Positions 28,724-34,355 of a stretch of 34,355 nt of DNA are shown piece after piece (position 1 is the stretch's first letter; each line of letters begins with the position of its first letter). The notes under the pieces are model-generated. The model ran no database searches. It was not told the DNA's origin and saw only the letters and a list, made by a program, of their open reading frames with translations. A program made the position numbers and the translations under genes. The stretch comes from Prasinococcaceae sp. CCMP 1430 (lineage: Eukaryota; Plantae; Prasinodermophyta): assembly GCA_013416795.1 (NCBI GenBank), contig RQSC01000978.1, forward strand, positions 1-34,355. The letters are read 5' to 3'.

Positions 28724-31700
28724 ATGGCGCCGCCGGCTGGCGACGCGCCGCTCAAACAGCGCGGCCGAGCTGGCGGCAGCGAAGCCAGCAATGGCGGCGG
28801 CGGCGCCCGCGCTGGCGGCGACGGTGCGGGCGTTGGCGGTGACGGCGGCGCGCAGCCGCGCTCACCGTCAGGGGGATCACGTGAGCCGGCGGCGCAAGAG
28901 GTGCCGACGCTCCGCGGGCGCCACAGTCGGCGCGTGGCCCCAACGGTATCGCACCTAGCGCGTGCGATGCAAGCAGCCCCAAGCCACAACGTGCAACGAC
29001 ACAACAGCGATGATGGGATCGGTGCCTCATCCTCAGACAGCGACGACGACTACTCCAGGCGAGGATCCTTTCCTCTGCAGTCGCTGAAGACGCGCGCGGC
29101 CGCGAAGGGTGACTCGTCGCTATCGATATTTTTGCCAGGCGCAGCAGGGGCACGCATTGTCGAGCAACTCGATGACGGCGGCGAAAGTGAGTCGGCATCT
29201 TCCACCCACGCACGCTCCGAGACCGCAGGCGAGTCGACGCTCGCAAGGGGGCACAGTAGCGAGCGACGCCCCCCCGTCGTTGGTGACGCCACAATAGCGG
29301 TGGCGAACCCGGATGGCGCCGGCCCTTACATTAGCCTCGAGCAGCGCGAGGGCCGCACCGTGCCCTCGCCTGCACTAAGGCGCCACGGCGAGGAGGCGCA
29401 TGCCGACGACAGCGACGGAGGTGCGAGCGAGGCGCGTGTTGCGGTTCGGCGTTTCGAGGACTACGTGCTGCACAACATAATCTTCGAGACGAGGCAGGCG
29501 GCGCAGCTCGACAAGAGCGAGGCAGCGAGAGGTGGTGCCACGTCCCTTGCTGTGCTGGCGCCAGGGGGCACGGGCGCCGAGCAAAACTCGTCCGCGTCGA
29601 CAATGGGCGTCAACGTGGAAAATGGCTCCAAGCCAGGCATGTCGGCGGCAGAGCCGGACAGTCCTGGGGCGCCACTTGCCAAGCGGCGCAAGGGTGTACA
29701 GGGTTGTTGGGCAGCCTTGCATCCACAGCGACTGCGCGCTGCCTTGAGGCAATGCACCCCACGTGGTCTCTGGCGCTGGTGCTATGCCGCCACTTTCTCA
29801 TATGGCATGCGCGCAAGTGTGCTGCTTCTAGCGCTCGGCGGGCTCATGGGCTGCCTGGACGCATTCCTCCTCATTATGTTCCGGTTGCTGTTTCGCCTGA
29901 GGCAGGTCATATTCCAGGCCCCGTCCGAGTACGCCTCCCAGTATGCGCTCTACGTGGTAGTCGCTGGCGTCTACGCCGGCGCGGCTTACGTATGGGCCCA
30001 GCTGCTGAACCCAGCGAGTGTGGGCAGTGGCCTGCCAAAGATGCGAGCGATCCTTCTCGAGCACGGACACGAGCAGGCGCCGCCGCGTGGGGTGTCCAGG
30101 TTGCGCAATTATCTCGGTCTTCGCATGCTCCTCGCGAAGGCGGGCGGTTTGCTGCTGGTATTGGCGTCTGGGATGCGCGTGGGTCGCGAGGGGCCCTTCG
30201 TACACATGGGCAGTATCATCGCAGTTCAGATGTTGCGCGTGCCTTACTTTGCGAACCAAGGCGGATTTAGTTCGTACTGGGCTGAATTTGTGTTCGCCGC
30301 AGCGGCCGCGGTCATCGGTGCTCTCTACGATGCCCCCGTTGGTGGCCTCCTATACGTACGTCTCGTCGGCGGTCTTTGAGCGCTCACAGCACGCCCATAT
30401 CAGGTCGATGTTTTGCATGCGCGGCCACCGCACACGATCGCGTTGACCTGACGTTCCCGGAGCTCGCGAAGTATACTGAAATGCATGTGCAGCGCTGACA
30501 GGGCTGACTGCGCTGCCTATCTCGGCGCGAGCTGAAACAGACGATCGAAGTCCTCACCACATTCAGCCTCCGCCTGAGCGTGTACATCAAGTGCTTTGTG
30601 ACCGCCTTGGTGGGCGCCATCGTCGCGTGGGGGTTTCGCGGCGGCAACGCCATGTTCACGCCGGACTCCGAGTATTTCTGGAGCGGCTTTGATACCATCG
30701 CAGCCGCGCTCGTGTTAGGCGTGATCTCCGGACTGATGGGCGGGCTGTGGGTTCGCGCCGTTGTGGCGTGGGGGCGCGTATACAAATGGCTAATGCGTGC
30801 GAGCGGCAGGCCACTCGGCGTCGGGGCGGCCCTCGTCGTGGGAGTGGCGGTGGTGACCGCACTGGTCACCTTCCCGCTGGGCGACTACATGCGCGCGTCG
30901 TTCAACAACGCCCTGCAATGTCTGATCGACGCGACACTGAACTACGGGGTGCTGCGCGCGCCAGACATGCAAGAACAGTGCAGCGGCCCGAGTGGCGCAG
31001 GCGAGTACGCAATCTTCTTCGGAGTTACGTTCCCATTCGCGGCTGCATCTGTTCCTCTTCCTGTGCCCGCAGGCCTGTTCTTCCCCGTATTCACTAGCGG
31101 CGCTGCGTTTGGGCGACTCTATCAGTCTCTGCTGCAGGCAATGGGCATCGACACCAACACGGAACCCGCCACGTACGGCGTGATCGGCGCCGCTGCACTC
31201 GCGGTCAGCGTGACGCGCTCGGTATCGGTCACCATAATCGCCATGGAAATGACTAGCCAGCTGCTGCCCGAACTTCCCATACTGACAGCCGTGCTAGCTG
31301 CACTGTTCATCTCCGACCTGGTGAGTCCATCCATTTACGACGCGCTGGCAAAGGAGGCGCGCATCTCCTTCCTCCCCATCCTGCGGCTCAACTGGGCGGC
31401 GAAACACTGGCGCGACAGCCGCGTGGGCGAGCTTATCACGCGGCGCCCCGCGCCTCTCCAAGACATTGTGAGCAAGCGCTCGAATCGCAGCGTCGCCGTG
31501 GCAAGTGGAACGTGCGAAGACACCGCTGGCGACACGCTGGCAAAAGGCGTGCGCACGACGGATCCGATGCGCTTGGGTGCCCAGAGTTTGCAGCCGCTGG
31601 ACATCTGCCATTGCGTGCCATTCATCACGGCGCGCGTGGCATGCGAAGACCTGGAGCGCATGCTAGTTGTGACCAATACGAAAGAGTACACCGATCGCCG

Positions 31701-33246
31701 CGGCGCAGCACGGCTCATTCCTATCGTGAGCGACGCCGATGGGCTGTACCTGTTGGGAGGAATCACGCGCTCGCGCGTGAAGCGCCTTGTCGAGGCGTAT
31801 CACAGCTTTGAGCGCGCGCCGGATGCGCCCGCAGACGTCCCCATAAGCCACGCCATGCGGAGGCGCAGGGGTCTGGCTACCGCGGGCGCCACGCCAGGCG
31901 CCACGCTGGTGGAGAAGGCCTCCCGGGCGCGGCGATCAATGTCAGACCCGGGGCGCCTCACCGACAGCGCCGATGAGAGTGACGCCAACGCTTCCATCGG
32001 CCAGCCAGGCGGGGCTGGCGAGAACCACAACGACGGCGCGCTGCCATCCTCTCCCGAGGAAAACGACTCTGACGCCGGAGCTCAACAACGGGCCCGTGGG
32101 AAATGGAAGGCCGCCTTCGGTTTGGCACACGCCGAGGCACTTGCCCGGTCCTCGGCGGCGTCGGCCGAGAGCCAGCACTCCAATGGCATCACTCCTGCCA
32201 TTTCGACGAAGGCAAGGCATTCGTCTGTGCGGCGCGCGGCCAGCACAGGAACATCCAAACTTCTCAACGTCGTAGCACAGGCCGTGAGCCAGCTCGGTGC
32301 GGAGGATAGCGCCCCACCTGCCTTGCCGCGCGTAACGACCAGAGACAAGAAGGCTTTTGCGGAATTGGCGCAGGAGGCGAGAGCGATGGACCAGCGAACG
32401 AAGGAGGACATCGGCCGCGTGGGCGCCGGCATCGTGGCGCCGCGCGAGCTCGACGAGGTGATCACCTCGTCGCCGTCTTCGCCAACGGCGTCCCTCCTCG
32501 GCGACGGCGATGCCAATCGGGCGGACTTCGGCGGCTCACGTGAAAGCCAGCCAGAGTATGACGCCTCTTCGAGCGACACCAGCCAGCGACGCGGAGCGGC
32601 GGGGCTCGTGCGCCGTCTCGTTTCACGCAGTCACTCCACGCCCATCGGCCCCGCGGGCCCCTCAACATCGCCACCGCCCGCCGTCGGCTTCGAAGCTTCG
32701 ACGGTCGTTGACCACGGCGGCGAGCATTTCTTCGACGCGCCGGAGAGTCATCCGACCGAGTCTCAACAGAACGGACACGGAGGGAGGCGAGGCAGAGGCG
32801 CATTCGCCAACGATGCGGCTCGCGGCGGGCTCGAAGCATGCGAGGAGCGACCATTGCTCGACCTCCTTGAGCTCGACGCGCTCCTCCACATCATCGATCA
32901 CTCGCCCGCAACGATCGGTGAAGAGTGCTTGCTGTCCGATGCTTTCCTCATCTTCAGCAGCCACACAGTCGGTGCCGAAGCATTCGTTACGCAGCGCGGC
33001 TGCCTCGTGGGCGCGCTGTCGAGATTCGACCTGTACCATGCGACCTACAAGGCGCGAGAGCGCGAGCGCGCTGCGGCAGCGGCGGCGGCGGCCGCAGGGA
33101 TGCGCAGGGAGCCGTCCCCGCGCGCGCATGCTGGCCTTGCCACTGGCAAAGCCGAGAGCCCATCCTCGCCGCATCGGCAACCGCGCGGCCGTCACTGGCA
33201 GCGGCAAAGCCGACGCCCTGGAAGCATCGCCCCCGCGGCGCCATGA
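28724..33246 (+). CDS. CLC-family anion channel, ClC-1/2-like, with CBS-containing C-terminus, about 1445 aa. Exon 1 28724-30355, intron 30356-30540, exon 2 30541-33246
   Basis: Signatures GSGLPKM, GREGPFVH, GGLLY|TIEV, PAGLFFPVFTSGAAFGR and PSIYD. The intron TAC|GTACGT...CTGAC...AAACAG|ACG, phase 0, joins ORFs 28658-30379 and 30580-33246. Confidence 0.9.
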
Positions 33247-33325
33247 GCGCGGCAGCGCCCTGCGTCCGCTCGCCTCGCGTAAAACCAAAGAATACAGGCC
33301 AGTCGCGCTTACGTGCAGGGACCGT

Positions 33326-33716
33326 TCACGCGCGCTTCTGGCGGTCGAGCTCGCCGCGCGCCTCCCGCTGCCTGGCGTCGAGCGCCTCGCGCAGCGCGCG
33401 CTCAGCCGACTCTCGGCTGGCGCCGATCGCCTTGAGCCGATCGAGCTGCTCTTGCGTGATGCCGCGCTGGGGGGGCTTGCTGAGGTCCACGCCCAGCTGC
33501 AGGTGAAGAGCCCGGCGCATGTCAGAGCGGAGGCGCACGCGCTCTCCCTGCAACAGCGCGTGCGCAAGCGCCACGCACCCTCTCAGCCATTTCCTCGTCC
33601 CTGGCGCGCACCGTTTCCATGAGCCAAGTCCCAGCCACCGTGAAGAACAGCACACCAAGGGCCGCCACGCGCAGCGGCTGCCCCTTGTTGTGCCCTATGC
33701 GAGGATCGAGTCCCAT
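33326..33716 (-). CDS. Small single-pass membrane protein of unknown function, about 108 aa. Probable exons 33716-33612 and 33547-33326
   Basis: MGLDPRIGHNKGQPLRVAALGVLFFTVAGTWLMET|GERVRLRSDMRRALHLQLGVDLSK...; a 64-nt intron GTGCGC...CTGAG...TTGCAG joins two coding-like frames. An alternative donor would give a 31-nt intron. Confidence 0.55.
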
Positions 33717-33776
33717 GGCAGCCGCGCCGCCGGTCGCCACCGGCCTGCGGCCCGCCGCGCGAGCGCGGGCGCGGCC

Positions 33777-33972
33777 NNNNNNNNNNNNNNNNNNNNNNNN
33801 NNNNNNNNNNNNNNNNNNNNNNNNNNNNNNNNNNNNNNNNNNNNNNNNNNNNNNNNNNNNNNNNNNNNNNNNNNNNNNNNNNNNNNNNNNNNNNNNNNNN
33901 NNNNNNNNNNNNNNNNNNNNNNNNNNNNNNNNNNNNNNNNNNNNNNNNNNNNNNNNNNNNNNNNNNNNNNNN
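33777..33972. other. Assembly gap (N run)
   Basis: Uninterrupted Ns. Confidence 0.99.
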
Positions 33973-34061
33973 CAGAAAAAAAAAAAAAAAGCCACGCCTG
34001 CCGCGTCCCGAAACGCGTTCCGCGGAAAGCTGCCCGCGCGCGAGCGGACAGCTTTGAAAGC

Positions 34062-34097
34062 TCGGAAGGCGCGGAAGGCTCGGAAGGCGCGGAAGGT
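34062..34097. repeat. Short 9-nt-period tandem repeat (c[t/g]cggaagg)x4
   Basis: ctcggaagg cgcggaagg ctcggaagg cgcggaagg. Confidence 0.7.
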
Positions 34098-34355
34098 TCG
34101 CCGGCGCGGTCGAATGCGTTTTGGTATTTGGCAGACGGTAGGCGGCGGGGGTGGACGGGGGTTGGAGTCGCGCGCGTTCCGCGAGTTTGGCGGGCTTTCC
34201 GTCGCGCTGCGCGCGCTTTTCCGGCGTTTTCGCGGCGGTTTCGTTTTTCGTTTTCGTTTGTGCGGTGCGGTCGGCGCGCGCGTGCGGGTTTGGGACGGGT
34301 TCGGCGCCGAGGTGCGACCGCCGCCGCGCCGCGGCCACGGCCACAGGCGCAGCCG

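Noticed and set aside
33973-34355. Coding potential or telomere-like repeat at the right end
   Set aside because: It holds an A-run, T-rich patches and a short 9-nt repeat but no convincing frame or telomeric unit, and is too short to call.

Overview
This is a very GC-rich, gene-dense eukaryotic scaffold window. It has short GT-AG introns with CTGAC/CTAAC-type branch points and three N-gaps (6479-7139, 21306-21753, 33777-33972). Plant-like PgiC, MOS1-like and cytosolic pyruvate kinase sequences suggest a green alga (inference). About 12 protein-coding genes can be supported. The standout, missing from the ORF track because it runs off the window edge, is one minus-strand gene (ATG 6083, one intron, then a stop-free frame to position 1). 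It encodes at least 1948 aa: an N-terminal extension plus at least four pyruvate kinase units fused head-to-tail. The catalytic parts carry patchwork tracts of nucleotide identity, while the regulatory C-domains all differ, and one carries an inserted canonical EF-hand-type Ca2+ loop. This gene lies head-to-head with glucose-6-phosphate isomerase. The other genes are a MOS1/PRRC2 (BAT2_N) protein, a SAC3/GANP protein (FG repeats, PAM2-like motif, unnamed triple repeat), a PLAC8 protein, a bacterial-type DUF3291-like protein with an intron, an LRR protein, a TrmB-like methyltransferase, an EcKL/APH kinase, a sulfotransferase-like protein, a ClC-1/2-type CLC and a small membrane protein. I recognised no RNA genes, CRISPR arrays or mobile elements. 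All family calls come from motif reading by eye; no searches were run.
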